This document shows, in pieces, positions 14,901-28,181 of a stretch of DNA of 64,000 nucleotides; positions within the stretch are counted from its first letter, which is position 1; each line of letters begins with the position of its first letter. Location: positions 17,174,001-17,238,000 of the forward strand of contig CM119374.1 in the NCBI GenBank assembly GCA_051294905.1. The letters are read 5' to 3'. A program made the translations under genes and the position numbers. A model generated the notes under the pieces. That model made no database searches. It was not told the origin of the DNA and saw nothing but the letters and a program-made list of their open reading frames with translations. This DNA is from Botryllus schlosseri (Eukaryota).

Positions 14901-17900
14901 ATTTTAATGAGTCTTGAAATTTTCTTCGCGCCAGCGGCGATTCAATGCGACTTCATATTTCGATTTTAATACAGTACCGCCCTTGGCAATCTGAGCCCCA
15001 CAGTATACAGTTGCGAACAGCGGAGGAAAATGATACCAACTTGGAATCGTGTCACGACAGAAATTTGTTTCTGGTACGTTTGAGAGATTCCAATATATAG
15101 CCACTATACCGACAATCCTAATGGGAGCAACGTTCCCTCAAATTTTTGACGAGTCCGCGCACACTTACCAACTCACTGCGCAGTGCGCAGACCCTTCGAC
15201 AACAGTGCGTATAACGACTAAAAAAAAGGTCATCACTTCCGATTTTTTGTGCGCAACTTAGATTTTCTGTGCGCAGAGACCGTGTCATCACTGAGCATAA
15301 GAGTATGCAGCAAAGTGACTAATAACAATTGACCCACCCGAAGATGCATCATCATTAAAATCTTGCCCTACATTTTCGAAAACACTCCCTCCATCAACTT
15401 CGGCAAATCTGATCACATGGGCTATTTGATAGTAATATGCGAAACTACTAATATTAATGACGAAATTCATTCGTGAATCTGAAGAAATTTTCGCGTTCTG
15501 CGCTACCATAACCGATCCCGCAGTAACTATTCCTAACATGATCAGTGACCATTACATAGCGATTTCGGTGCATGTATAGTGAGACGATATGAAAAAGTAG
15601 ATTAGTCCGGAGTTCACCAGAAATGGACACTGTAGGGATGTTCAAAAATAACCTATTTTTTTCGGATTCCAGCCATTCACTGATTAAACTGGTTACCCTA
15701 AAAACGTTGCACACCAACTTTGGTTCAATTCTAAAAAGTATAAGCCGCCGCAGAGCCAATTAAAATTTTTAATTTATTAGGAGAAATTAAAAAAAAATCA
15801 AATTTTTCCGTCAACCCCATGAAGTTGTTGAGTTGTCTTCAAAGTCGATGCAAAACAAATCTGACTCAATTCCAACTAGTAGAAGCGGAGTTATTTGAGT
15901 TTTTCGTTGATAATTCTCGGATTATCCATGGACACTAGACCAGGGGTTCTCAGCCCTTACTTGGCCGTGCCCATTTTCCGGTTTGAAAATGTGCTGTGGC
16001 CCACCTCTAATCTTAAAGTCATAATCCTGTTCAATGCGTGGCAATCGACGGCGCCGATATGCCTATTTCTCCAAAATATGCGCATATTTCTTTTAATTTA
16101 CTGATGAAATTAAAATATAAACATCTCGAGGCATGAAGTCGCGCAAAGCGCGACGAAATTTTTCACGTTGAGTGAATATCTTCCAACAAACGACCAACAA
16201 AATAATCTTGGGCCCCTTCTGGCTTCCCCAATTTGGGGTTTGGGTGCGGCAGTTACGGCTCTGGTACATCATACGAGTATTTTATGATCATTCGCTTCGC
16301 GAAACACAATGATCGAATTCCCGCATACACTGTGTGATTGGGATTTTAGTTTCAGTATGGAAGGGAATAGTATAATCATTCTAGTCCAGCTTCAAACAAT
16401 TCATTGGTGAATGGGGTACTACAGGGGAGTGGAGAAAGATGTTCTTAATATGCATGCTGTACAATGTACATTGTATGTCACGCGCTGAACCAACTGAAGT
16501 TGCGATGTCGGAATATTCAATCCAGTGATACTATCAATTCGTGCGACTCTTACATTATGTACATTGTTTAAAATGTCATCAAACTCCAAATATTATTGCG
16601 CTCCGCTGAATCCTCAATTCATTACTACTCGTTGCGGTGGTGCAGTATACCTCCACCAGAAGTAGCTAATAATTTGCAATTATGGCCATTCTCAACTTAC
16701 AATAATACGACCTGCTGAAGTACAGTAAATCTATACATCAATTACACTTCATTCCGAGTTTATTGCACACCCCTTTCAACGGCATACGACATTATGACCC
16801 TGCCGGAATACTTGATTACTTCAGCATTACCTTCCAGGTATTATTTTATACGCGAAATTATTTTAGTTGCTGTTAGCCATAGGTAGTCATAGTCAGTGTA
16901 AAAGGCCGCCGTTTCTGCCTCCCATTTTCGACTTGAAATTCAGACTCCATACGCATATCTACGTCTAATCAGAGTGGGGTGAAAAGATTTATGTCTCCTA
17001 CGTATAATCAACTAATATGAATTTATTGTTTAGTGATTAACACTACAAATATTGCTAAACTAACATTATTTTTAAAATTTTCCAAATAGCTCTGTGGCCC
17101 ACCTCAAATGCTCTTGTGGCCCACCAGTGGGCCATGGCCCACCCTTTGAGAACCCCTGCACTAGACAATTTAACGTGGGTATTTGGAGTCCAGTTAGTTC
17201 ATTACGACTATGCACTGGAATGCAGCCGTCGGCTACATAAGTAATCAAAATGCGGCCGTGAAAAGCAAAAAGGTTGGCCACCCCGTGCCTAAAACATATC
17301 TCCTTGAGTAGGTGGCACAAGAATGCAAAACCTATACTTGAATACTAGGAAAACGTAGAAGTGTTTGGTTACAAATAGGGCTGGGCAAAATCGATTACCT
17401 GAGTGATTCGATTCTGAATCACGTATTACGATTCGAGTTGAGTCGAATATTCGAGTATCACTCTATATGACGTCACAACAGAATGCACTATGTCAAAGTT
17501 CAAATATGTACCTTTCATGCCACCTCAAAGAACAAGATGCCTGTTATCCGTCACATTAAAGATACTTTGATATTTTTTCGACCATACCGATTTCATTGGA
17601 CTTCTTGAAAATGACTTCGGAAATGTGTTATTTCCAGTAACGTCCGTAGCTTTGCACTATGTCTCGTATGGTGCGACACGGCCAATCTAGGTTTCGAGGC
17701 TTCCACAGTGGAAAATAGTATCAAAACCATAATTCTCGCTAGTGAATTAACTTTCAGTTGTGAGAAGCGTACAATTTCAGTACTCGAAAATATCGTCTTT
17801 TACTACTCGACTCGAATCATTGTGCCAAGCCCTAGTTACAAACCACATCTTAGTATAAGTCAAGCATATAGTTTTAGTTAGAAGGACAGACTGCGATACA

Positions 17901-19131
17901 ATTATTAATTACCATTAATGGATACCGCACTCCTTGTGGCATTGTAATCTTTGATTTTCGCTAATACTTCCTCCGTGCTCGCGATGGGGGCCAGTCTCGG
18001 TGAGTGTTGCACCTGTGTCTGAAGCGTGTCGATTTTTTTGCTAGCCTCTTCGGTTTCATTCAGAAATGACGCAATGCAGCGGTTGCAATCGTCGTTGTAA
18101 TTCTCGCCGAAATTATACCGTCGGTGCGGAACGTAGCCTCAAATGGAAGGGCAGCAGATAGGTTTAGGTGGAAAATGAAACCTCACCTCAAAACATACCG
18201 GTATAACCCGGCACGAGTCTTTGCGTGTATCTATGCATGCCATCTATGCTTTCTCGTTGCTGCGGTAAATCAGGCTTTGACTTCGGCGGAATCGGTGGGA
18301 GGGGTTTGCGTACGATTTGTGTTTTCGCTAGTTCGGCGCTATTTTGAGCGTAAGTACCTCCGAGCTGGTATTTATATTGCGGCAAATATCCGGTGTACCT
18401 TTTGAATATACATAGTACACAAACTAATTTAGTAGTAGTATTATTATTAACTACTTTGATAGCTATATGATTACGCGGCAGATATGCATAGTAGATGAGA
18501 GAATGTTGGCTGTTGAATGTTATAAGATCTCTTGCCTCTCACACTTCGGGTGTTGGGCATCGTGACGTTATATGCTATTTCTACGCCAAGTATATCTGCG
18601 GTGTCACTTCATTGTTGGAATGTTTGCGCCCCATCCAAAATTTCATTCTGACTACGCCCCTGAAAACCCCCCTCGGCATTTGAGAGTGCATATAACGCTG
18701 GTTCGAATATTGCGGCTACCGTTACCCTGCCACGAATAATGGTATTTTAGCGATGGTTACAACGATTGAACGAACCATCACTGCAGAGTACAGACAAATC
18801 CGGCATTTATCACATCATCGAAACGACATATTATTGTAAAGTGCGAGTGCCCAGTTTCATGTCGTTTTTGCTAGAACATAGCTGTACGTTGGTAGCGGGC
18901 GGTTACGCAGTTGACGCAAAGACTCTCTCTCTCTCTCTCTCTCTCTCATGGTGTCACTGTATAATATATATATATACAGTGTATATGGTCAAATATTATC
19001 GACGAGTAATGTACAATTGTACATATCTTCCTGACTTACCCAGGCATATGCTGATCATCTTTTAAGCTTGAAAAGTTTCTTCTGTGTTCTATCCCCCAAA
19101 ATGGCCAGGAGCTGGACTCCACTGCAGCCAT
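11928..19131 (-). CDS. FAM166: FAM166/CIMIP2-family ciliary microtubule inner protein, 6 coding exons, about 285 aa
   Basis: Exons 19040-19131, 18199-18398, 17913-18137, 14160-14269, 13946-14090 and 11928-12013 join in frame (858 nt) with GT-AG introns. Four family repeats: HMPGYTGYLPQYKYQLGGTY, LVPGYTGYVPHRRYNFGENY, KLGWTGYVPRIKATNISLG, LKPSYTGFVPHRRFVCGQTYG. Paralog (A/B/C) not resolved. Confidence 0.88.
12884..13534. mobile_element. Palindromic hAT-type MITE (family A) in the last FAM166 intron
   Basis: About 650 bp with long inverted arms, termini (T/A)AGGGG...CCCCTA and 8-bp TSD CTGTCCGT (12876-12883 / 13535-13542). A homologous full copy lies at 46879-47516. Confidence 0.85.
14777..17286. 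mobile_element. hAT-type non-autonomous element (family F) carrying nested insertions
   Basis: Left end CAGGGTTGGCAAACC, right end GGTTGGCCACCCC, flanks GTCTAAAA / GCCTAAAA. Similar segments at about 33907-34740, 28629-29400 and 39200-39985. Contains inserts at about 15127-15300, 15633-15930 and 15941-17158. Confidence 0.65.
15941..17158. mobile_element. hAT (Charlie-like) non-autonomous element
   Basis: TIR CAGGGGTTCTCA / TGAGAACCCCTG; perfect 8-bp TSD CACTAGAC. Confidence 0.85.
17376..17834. mobile_element. hAT-type MITE
   Basis: TIR TAGGGCTGGGCA / TGCCAAGCCCTA; perfect 8-bp TSD GTTACAAA; subterminal GATTCGA/TCGACTCGA repeats. Confidence 0.85.
18925..18947. repeat. (CT)n microsatellite in FAM166 intron 1
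   Basis: Uninterrupted CT run of about 12 units. Confidence 0.9.
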
Positions 19132-21987
19132 ATTTTCGACTGTTATCACATACACAAGATATGCTACTTGATGCAGCTCTGCAAAAGTGAGATGGTGTAC
19201 CTCAATAACACCTTTTGGAATGACCCAACTCAATCTCTCTGAATATCGCGTAGCGGACGCCTTTCTGTGGTATCTCCAGTGTCGTATTCCGCCTAGGCGG
19301 TATTATAAACATGTTAACGTCTTGTCACGACTCCGACAAAAGGTTGTCCATTATCATTGGGTAAATGATAACTATCGCTGAGCATAAATAAGCACAATTC
19401 GGAAGTGGTCGATGGTGTTATTTATCACCGAGAGTCACGGGTCGCCGATAAAGGGATATGTATTTTAAAATATTTAGAAAGTGCGACACGTGAATAGCCT
19501 CTCGACAGGCTAATCTGTAAATCAACAATAGTATTTTGGTAAGCAATCGGTAACTATTAGTACAGGTTATCTAAGCCTTTACGAAATAGTACCTTTCACT
19601 TTACAAGTTTACAAGCCCTACAGCGGCACAGCGTTTTCTTATCCAACAAGTTAAGGCAAACATCAATGAAGTAGTAAGTAAGCATACCGTGTCCTGCGCG
19701 AATTCGAAAGAGTATATCACGTCTGACAATCAACCCGCAATACTTTTACAAATGTTCTCAGGGCTCGCGACAAAGCCTATATATCGCTCTTTGGCTAGCC
19801 TAAACCTATAACTACACATTACACAAGTATGCCAGCCGAACGGCGACGAAGAGATCTCGTACGTGAATTGACAGAAGAATAGCTGGCAACATGAAGTAAA
19901 AGTTAAATTGCCAGGCTAGAATCAATGATGACACACAATTATAGCGACTCTTCTATTCTCACACCGCATATGGCTATGCTCCCTTATCTTGTGCTTTTAC
20001 CAAAGCATAGCTTTGTAAGGTATGGGGGAACTACAAAATTAATTCGGTCATGCAATGTCATACCACATTTCGATTACATATTATACCATAGCCTGCTATA
20101 CCCTGATCCCATATAATGATTAGTTAACCTTGGCCGTAAACCGGCATCAAATGACCCTCGCTATTAAAACGCGCACATTAGCTCATTCTTTGCTCAACTG
20201 GGCAGGGATGAGGCCATTAATATAAAATATCGTAATCGTCCTTTTAGCACGAGCTTTAACAATAGGGGTTCGCAGTATCGATTTCAAATGTGCTGTTCAA
20301 CAGATATACGATAGCCTTTGTAGATGTAAGCCGCTATACGAGGTCATTTCAGTGAATTATAGGTTGAATAAATAGAACGTGTGAAATTCGCCGCTGAAGT
20401 CCGCATGATATACTTTGTTTTACTCCCTTGTTGACGTTTACTTTCAGATGTCCCGCCGGTTTTCTTGTCGGGGCTATACAACATACATTTGATGGGTACA
20501 GGGTACACACGCCATATATAATTATATATATTTGTGCCGTAGAGCAGTGGTTCCTAATCATCTTAGTTTTGTTCAGCGCCAATTTAGAGAAACTTCATGG
20601 TCTTACGCCCCCATATTTCAAGTTCGAATTCCGATCGAGGTCCTGCCGTAGGCCTTTACGTGTCGCATCTAAGCTATCTAAATACCGTATATGAAGTATC
20701 TTGCCCAACCTCTAATGCACCCTTAGACCTTTAACAATGTGTATGTCATGTCGCTCATGCCGTATCTAGACTGTTCCAATCACTGATTCAACTTCTGCAT
20801 ATAGTGATGGTGATCTCCGCGGGACACGCCGAAAGCAGTTTTCCGATTTTAATTGATCACGATTTTCATATCGGGAAACCTGATGAGTCATAATACTGAT
20901 TTGAAGAAACAATATCAAGTCCTAATTTTCTTGTAATGTAGTAAACTATTATCAAGACGGCCGTTAGACGGATGCCGGTGTCGAAACTCCTGCCGAAGGC
21001 TTTCAGAGTGGTCGCGAAATCCCGCTTCTCCCATAGACAACACAAAAGCGAAGGTGATTTTCGCCTTGACCGTCTGCGTGTTGGTCTGCATCCGTGTCGA
21101 TTCTTTTTGTTTTCGATTATTCCCCGACTCCACTCTTTTAGCATCCGGGCGAGGAGGCTGATCGTAGATTCACTGCATTGGATGATGAAAACTTGCATAA
21201 TCGGATGAGCCGAAAGAACCACAAAGAGTACATATAGGCTAATAAGCTCGAGCAATGGTGGACTGTTGGTAACGTGTTTCCGGAGATGTTTAACATAAGA
21301 TGTAAGAGTAAATTTTAAATCCAAATCTCAACTATGGCTTTTCATTTCTTGAATTTTGTTAAGTAGAAAGTAGTTCTGGATATGCTTGCATAGCAACGTT
21401 CTTCATTGCTACAAAATTTCGAACTGCAACTACTTCTAGCACTGTCGTAACCATATGTAGTACTATGTCACGGAGATAAACATTTTAAACTTTGAATTTT
21501 AATGTGATAGTGGGGGTTATATCCAATATCCATAGATAACAGCCGGCTTGTTCCGTACCAGACTACTTTTCAAAGTCACGTGGGTGCATTTCATACTTCT
21601 TATTGCCCTTTACAGGGCTGCGGAATTGGTAAATATTACCACCGACTTTGACTCCAGATATTTTCGATATATCGACTCCAAGTCCGAATTAGACTCCCAA
21701 GTCTTTATACGCACCGATACCGACTATTTTCCTCACAGAACTTCGAGTACGACTCCAACTCCGACTCCAACTGTACCACAAATTTACTTCGAAAATTATT
21801 TGCCACAGTGATGGTTTAATGACTTTCATATAACCATTAAACATTTGTAAACATATTATTTATTCACGATGGCGTGCAAAATTGTTTTATTGTGGCACCT
21901 GCAGCTCGAAATAGTCACTGTACATTGTACAATTAACGTGGAACTATTTATTTCGAAATATCCTTCCTTTTTTCATATGTTATAAAT

Positions 21988-22716
21988 CAGTGGTTCTCAA
22001 GCGGCGGTCCGCGAAGCATTTTCAGGGGGTACGCGAAACCTTCAAATTTAAAAATTGATGATAAACTAATTTGTATTTTTTTAATTAGAGAAATCATGAA
22101 GTAGTTTCGCTTTATAACTGCTATAAATTCAGGACTCACATAAACAGAATGGCCGTCTGAGATTAAATATTCTAATGTGCAAACTCACTTTAATTGCCAA
22201 ATTGCCAGTGCCTACTGGTACAAACATATCGCTGTTTTGTTGTTGTTTTTTTGAAACAATGGTTTGCAGAAATTCATTTTCTCCTGGGATATATACATAA
22301 CCGCTATTCCAGAATAACTTCAAGATGAGCTGATAGAAACATATGACAACGCTGAGCGTTATATGTTCATTAAAATATTTTGGTGCCTATTCTTGTGGAA
22401 ATGGATTTTCGGCACTTGTTCATATCAAATTGTCGGAGCGGATTTTCGAGACACGACCGCGTATTTCAGGAAATGCAGCTACATAATTCGCTTTGAAATA
22501 ATAAAAGTCTTCCCAATTCCTACGTAAATGATATGATGTTATTTTCAAGAAAGGACATTTTGTTGCTTTTTATCACTGGCCTACAGTTAATATTTGCACA
22601 AGACAGATGACGGTTGCACGATAATTGAGTGAAATTTGAATCAAAACATGGAGGGTCCGCATGGTCCGTGACGGTCCAGGGGGGGTCCGCGATAACAAAA
22701 AGGTATAGAGCCACTG
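21988..22716 (+). mobile_element. Internally deleted hAT (Charlie-like) element
   Basis: TIR CAGTGGTTCTCAA / TAGAGCCACTG. The internal part is homologous to 40192-41398 and, inverted, to 57022-57596. Confidence 0.75.
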
Positions 22717-22898
22717 TTATCAGTTTTTTTTTTACATAGACAAGCCACGGATATTCTAATATGTATGAATAATTCAAACACGATCTATATCTCATCCTGA
22801 CAATTAGAAGGCGGATAAAAATAATAGAGGTGTAGCTCTTGAGTATGAATCACCAACTAATGCAGAGATGTACAATTTTTATCATTATACACTATACT

Positions 22899-23357
22899 CA
22901 GTGGTGGCTTTTGGGGTGGGCGAGGTGGGCGGCCGCCCGGGCCCCCCCTGGTCGAAGGGGCCCCCCCTATTTGGATTTTGCGCTTTTTTCAAGGAGACTG
23001 ACGAATAAACATGGAAATCGGTGCACCAAGCAAAAATATGATTCCGTACAGATGTGTCAATCATCATCAAATCACTGCATTTGTTAGAAAAGTCCCATAT
23101 CCCGATAATCATCACGTCTCTGCATGCGGTAGAATCACTTGGTTTTGATGTAGTCTATCCTTGCACACATGCAAAATAGGCATGGCCGAATCCAACACCT
23201 GGGCAAACCGTTGCGGTGGTGAAAGATAGATAATAATAACCGTTGCGGAAGGGGGGTCTGGGGGGCGGAGCCCCCCAGAAGTTACGGATAGATACTTATA
23301 GGGGGGCCCCCCCGGTAAGTCTCGCCCAGGGCCCCCCCGTTCGTAGGGCCACCACTG
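22899..23357. mobile_element. GC-rich-ended hAT-type MITE
   Basis: TIR CAGTGGTGGC / GCCACCACTG with GGGCCCCCC subterminal motifs; perfect 8-bp TSD ACTATACT. Confidence 0.85.
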
Positions 23358-23877
23358 ACTATACTGATGACAAGCACACACTCTCTCACTACTAATAAAC
23401 GGTGGTCAGAAAAGAAAATTAAGGAGTAGCCAAATAGCATATGTCTACAACTCTACATGCACTTAGTCAAGTATTCATTTTCATGGACTATAGGACTACG
23501 TGATTGCAATCTTTCTTAAAGATTTGTTCAATACCAACATAGCTGAGCTACATACTAGAAATATATTTGCTTTTTTCAAATGGGAAGCAGCGTTTGGTTA
23601 TATTTGCTTCAATTTTACAAGTGATGTTGTCACTTACAAAACCAAACTATTTATTTACATCTTCACAGTATCATGACATAATTTCAAAAATTGCACCAAT
23701 TTGTGATTGCATCAGCAATTTTTCGTTGGTCACGAATAGGGTTGCATTTATAACAAATGGCCATTTAAAATGCTGTTTTTAAGTTGTATAATTATGCTTT
23801 AAAAAAACATGTTATATGAGCCTACGGACGATTACCATCGGATATCGCCGACCTATACGATATGGGATGGTTGGAAC

Positions 23878-25359
23878 CAATGTTCCCTCTAAGCTGCGCA
23901 CGTGCGCAAATGCGCAGTGCTGAAACGGTCTCTGCGCACAGAAAATCTACGCTGCGCACAAAAAATCAGAAATGATGTTTTTTTTATAGTTGTTGCGCCC
24001 TGTTGTCCAATGGACCACGCAGGCGCGCATATTCGTGAAAATTAGGCTGTAACATTGCCAAGGCCAAATAGTGTTATCGCTGAAGTCTGAAACCGAGGTA
24101 CAAGTGCGCCCCGCAAAGGTAAATATTGCGCTCAGGGAAGAAATTATAGTTCACAATCACCTGCGCCTCACGGAAGTTATTTTTTTATTATGACCTCGTA
24201 CGCGTGAGCGATACTAATATCATTTCAATAGCGCATTATTTTCTGGGAATGGCGAAATAACATGGTTTAACAAAGGTATAAATAACAATGGGCTAGCTCG
24301 AAGTTAATCTGCGAGAAACTAACGAATGATAGTCTTCCTCGCGTGGCATGAACATTGCGTAAGATTTACTCAGGACCGTAACTTTCACATCCCAAACCCC
24401 CCAATTGGAGGGGCCGGGCTCGAAGGGGGTCCAAAATTATTTCGAGAATTAACATAAATCATGGTGTATTTTTTAAAATTTTTCAGGGATTTTTTTTCGC
24501 GCTACGCGCGTTTTATTCTTGTAAGATATCTGATTATTGGGTACCCTTTCCCAACAAAAATTAGGCATGATTTATAGAAATGGGCACTTGGGCGTCGGCC
24601 ATTACCGTACCATGACGCGCCAAGACACATGAAGTTAAAGGCTATGTAACATGCGAATCCCAGAAGTGTGCCAGAACGATAAGCAGCGAGATAACCTTGG
24701 GCGAAAAAGACTGCCCCGGCGCTGACCGAAAACTGCGATATATACAAATATATGTGTAATTGTCCATGTCCATGGGCGCCGAAATGGCTGGCGCCGAATG
24801 TTCCTGTCCTGGCGATCCGAGTCCCGCAACAAGACAAATGCCATATCGAGGGAACATTATTTTCCAGTTAAGAAATAGTACGTTTTGGCGATTTCAATAT
24901 CTTTTGACATAGCAGATAGGGGGTCATGAAATAGCATTATGTAACGAAGTCATTATATCAACGGGTACGCCCGAAGATATTTCATTATCATTTAGAGGGC
25001 CTATCTATTCCAACACACCTCACTGGATCAGCTATACCGGTAAATCTGATTATGTGAGCAGGGAGAGGATAAAAATTGTTAGCGATATATATGCAATTCC
25101 CGATCATATTGGCCGATGCAATCATGAATTAGAGAAATTTTTTCGCGCTTCGCGCGTTCGACGCTGCTACTAAATGGGCACCCAATGTACATGATAAGTA
25201 CCGGAAGAAGCCAAGAGCCGTATGGGGGTCTGGGGGGCGAAGTCCCCCAGTAGTTAGTTTTATCACCTCATTGGAGGGTGGTTGCGCACTGTTGTCCGAG
25301 GGCCTGCGCAGTGAATTGGCGTGTTTGCGCAGACTCTTGAAAAATTAGAGGGAACATTG
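23878..25359. mobile_element. hAT-type element (family H) inserted in another repeat
   Basis: TIR CAATGTTCCCTCTAA / TTAGAGGGAACATTG; perfect TSD GTTGGAAC. An uninterrupted copy of the host repeat with a single GTTGGAAC occurs inverted at about 59320-59340. Confidence 0.88.
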
Positions 25360-25729
25360 GTTGGAACCCTCAAAATAGTCGGTTCATCAGCTATAGTAAG
25401 TAGATATTTCGTCAAGGGAGCTATATTTACCCTCAATGTCAATCCACCATGACGCCACAATTGAATGTTCGTGACATCATGGCTTAAAAACAATAAAAAA
25501 CATAAAAACATGTTTAAACAATGGGCCTTGTTTTGAACTTGTTTGTTTTAAATTGATTTTTGTTTTAAATTTAACCCTAGTCAAAAAGATGCATCTTGCA
25601 ATGTTTTTCCTCTATGCAACTGCATTGCAATTGGAAATAATGTCTGACTTCATCAACATCGTTATAATAACAGTGATTGTTGGTAAATACAAATCCTATT
25701 TTATGTAATTAGTAATTTTAAGAGACATT

Positions 25730-25893
25730 TGAAAGTCGGGGTCGGAGTCGGGATCATTTTCACAAACTCCGTACCCGACTCCATTCAGTATTTTTCCACG
25801 ACTCCGATACCAAAGAGTGCTAAATATTTTTGAGACTCCGAATCCATTAAGGAAAAAATTAGCGAAACTCCGACTCCGACTCCACAACCCGGC
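25730..25893. repeat. GACTCC/GGAGTC hexamer-rich MITE-like repeat
   Basis: Repeated CCGACTCC units with inverted arrangement; a related tract is at about 21640-21775. Confidence 0.55.
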
Positions 25894-27229
25894 TTCTAAT
25901 ACACAGATGCGCTCAGTATAGGCCTAAGGAAGTTCTCCTACTTATTCGGAGTACTGAAGTAGGTGTTGCCTACACTTGCACTACATGCTCACTACTTACT
26001 GTTTCAGACTACTCCCACTTCTTGACCAATCGTTAAGGCAAACATTTTACATTTCGAATTTAAGGAGTGGAAAGTAGTTTTGGGAAAATTTGAATCACAT
26101 TTATGTCCATAGACTTTCATATCACCGTACATTCAAAGCACCCGCGTTATATGTGTTCGTTGCTTACTCTCGAATCACGTTTATCATAACATCAATGTCG
26201 TAATTATGATCATTATGACTTTTGTCAAAAAATCAATGGCTGATACACAGTGTTTCTTTAGTTTTTTTCGTTTACAAGCATGCGTGTTGCGTATATTGAT
26301 TTATGGTAAGACTCCATATTTTATCGATATTTTGGTCATGATTTGGTAGCAATGGAAAAATACGTATTTAGCCGCATGATCACCTGGCTACTTGCGGTAC
26401 CGGTGGGCGAAGATTACAATTATCGTCGGACGAAGGCGCGGTCTCGCTCTGATTTCGATTCTTCTGAACATTTCCTCTCTCTGTGATCATAAATAATAGC
26501 ATCGTTTTGTTCTAATAAATTAATATCTATCACAATTGAAGTATCCTATTAGGGGATAATTCGAGTTGGTCAGTAACGAAGTATTTCTACGAGTACTCAA
26601 GTAGGCTTTGCCTACTTGCACCTATTAAATCCTTACACCACTACGTCAACTGTTTTTTAACCAAAACTACTTACTTTTTCCAATTTGAATTTTAAAAATG
26701 TAGAAAGTACTTAAAGTATGACTTTTATGAGTGAAGTTGTCATAAAAGGGGACGATCGTATCACTGCATCACGGAAACTAAATATGATTTGTTGATTGCG
26801 CCTATTTGTACTGCGATTAGTCGTTTTGCGTTAGTCGGGAAGATACATCAAGCAATTTCAATAGTAGCCATCTCCGAGTAACTCCAAAAAACATGTGACT
26901 TCTCGACCAAATTTACCTTTGGAAACTACCTACACGACTACTATTCTGACCCTTCATTTGCTACTCCCACTTAGAGTTAGTTTTGACATTACTTTGAAAT
27001 CGCTACTTCCAATCGCATTTGAGGAAAAATTTACTTGAGTTGCCAGGCTGACTACTTTGACCACCTCTGGATTAATCCCGAGACCCACTGTAAATCATTA
27101 TTGACGGGGTCTTTCGAGAGTAATGTCCCAAATCCTCCCGAAAACTTGAGGCCTATAATTTCACAGGAACCTATCATAGCGACGGCCTCGAAAAAAAAAT
27201 CAATTAGGTCGAAGGGAGTCTGGAATCAG

Positions 27230-28181
27230 TTACCAAATAGCAATCGACTTGCTTATTATATCTTTCCATTCCACTTTTCGTTTCATCGATTTGTCATCCG
27301 TTGGCTGACGGACGGCGTGAGGCTGACTCGCAATTTTAATCGGTTGCGACCTTTTTGACGTCAGCGAGCGTGACAGAGAATCTCTGCCAGGGTTCCTACT
27401 TTTAGAGCGATCCTGCCCAATTTCCGAAATTGCATCACGTTTCGACTTTTGTCTCGACCCAACGTGTTGCTTTGAATCGTAATCGCCGCGACACATAGCT
27501 GACCGTCCACCAGGACGTTCTCCTGGCCTTCGGTAATGTCCAATTAGTCTTTCTTTGGTCGAAAACACTGCCGCGCAACATGACGCAACGTCAAGACGCG
27601 TCGCGCTTGATTTCAATTCTCTTAGAGTCGCCAAGCATTCCAAACTAGACGATGATTTACTGAGGCTAGTCTTGGAACCGCGTAGCGACCAGTACTGCGG
27701 CGGACTCTTGAGAGGATGTGGCGGCGCTTTGCATGAGCGCATGCTCGCGCGTTTTTTGAGGCAACTGGCCAGCAATTTAACATTTTCTGAATCGGAAGTG
27801 GTGTCCGAATATTTAGCTGCGTTGAATCTACAGTTCGGCGACCCGTCTATTAAACGTTCAGTCAATTTCAGGCTCGTTTCTGACGTGAATGTACTCAACG
27901 GAGTCCACTTTTTCGCCTCTGCTTCACTAGACGATGATTTTTCTTCTTCAGACAGGTACCTTTTTTTGGCGTTCCTCGCGCCTTTGCCTTTGTTCTTGGA
28001 CTTGAAGCTGTTATCTTTCTTTAGGCGCGAGATCACATTGGTGCGCGGCAATAATCTCGACCTCTAGATAATAAAATAATTGAGTCCTAGGGAGAAACTT
28101 GGTATGTACTGGTTACGATAAGGTAGCCTGCTTCTAATTGAAAGGCGTCAAGGGTTTTGAGCTTACCAGTTTTTTCCACAT
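27230..28181 (-). CDS. Putative orphan Lys/Ser/Arg-rich protein (2 exons, about 282 aa), no recognisable domain
   Basis: GC-enriched 834-nt open frame 27230-28063 that opens exactly at a TAG splice acceptor. An upstream exon (28167-28210, donor CTG|GTAAGC) supplies an in-frame ATG at 28181 (MWKKL|RSRLLPRTNVISRLKK). The 3' end may splice to about 26480. Confidence 0.5.

Noticed and set aside
27555-28067. 170-aa plus-strand ORF
   Set aside because: It is the antisense shadow of the longer minus-strand frame, with a TTG start and no splice support.
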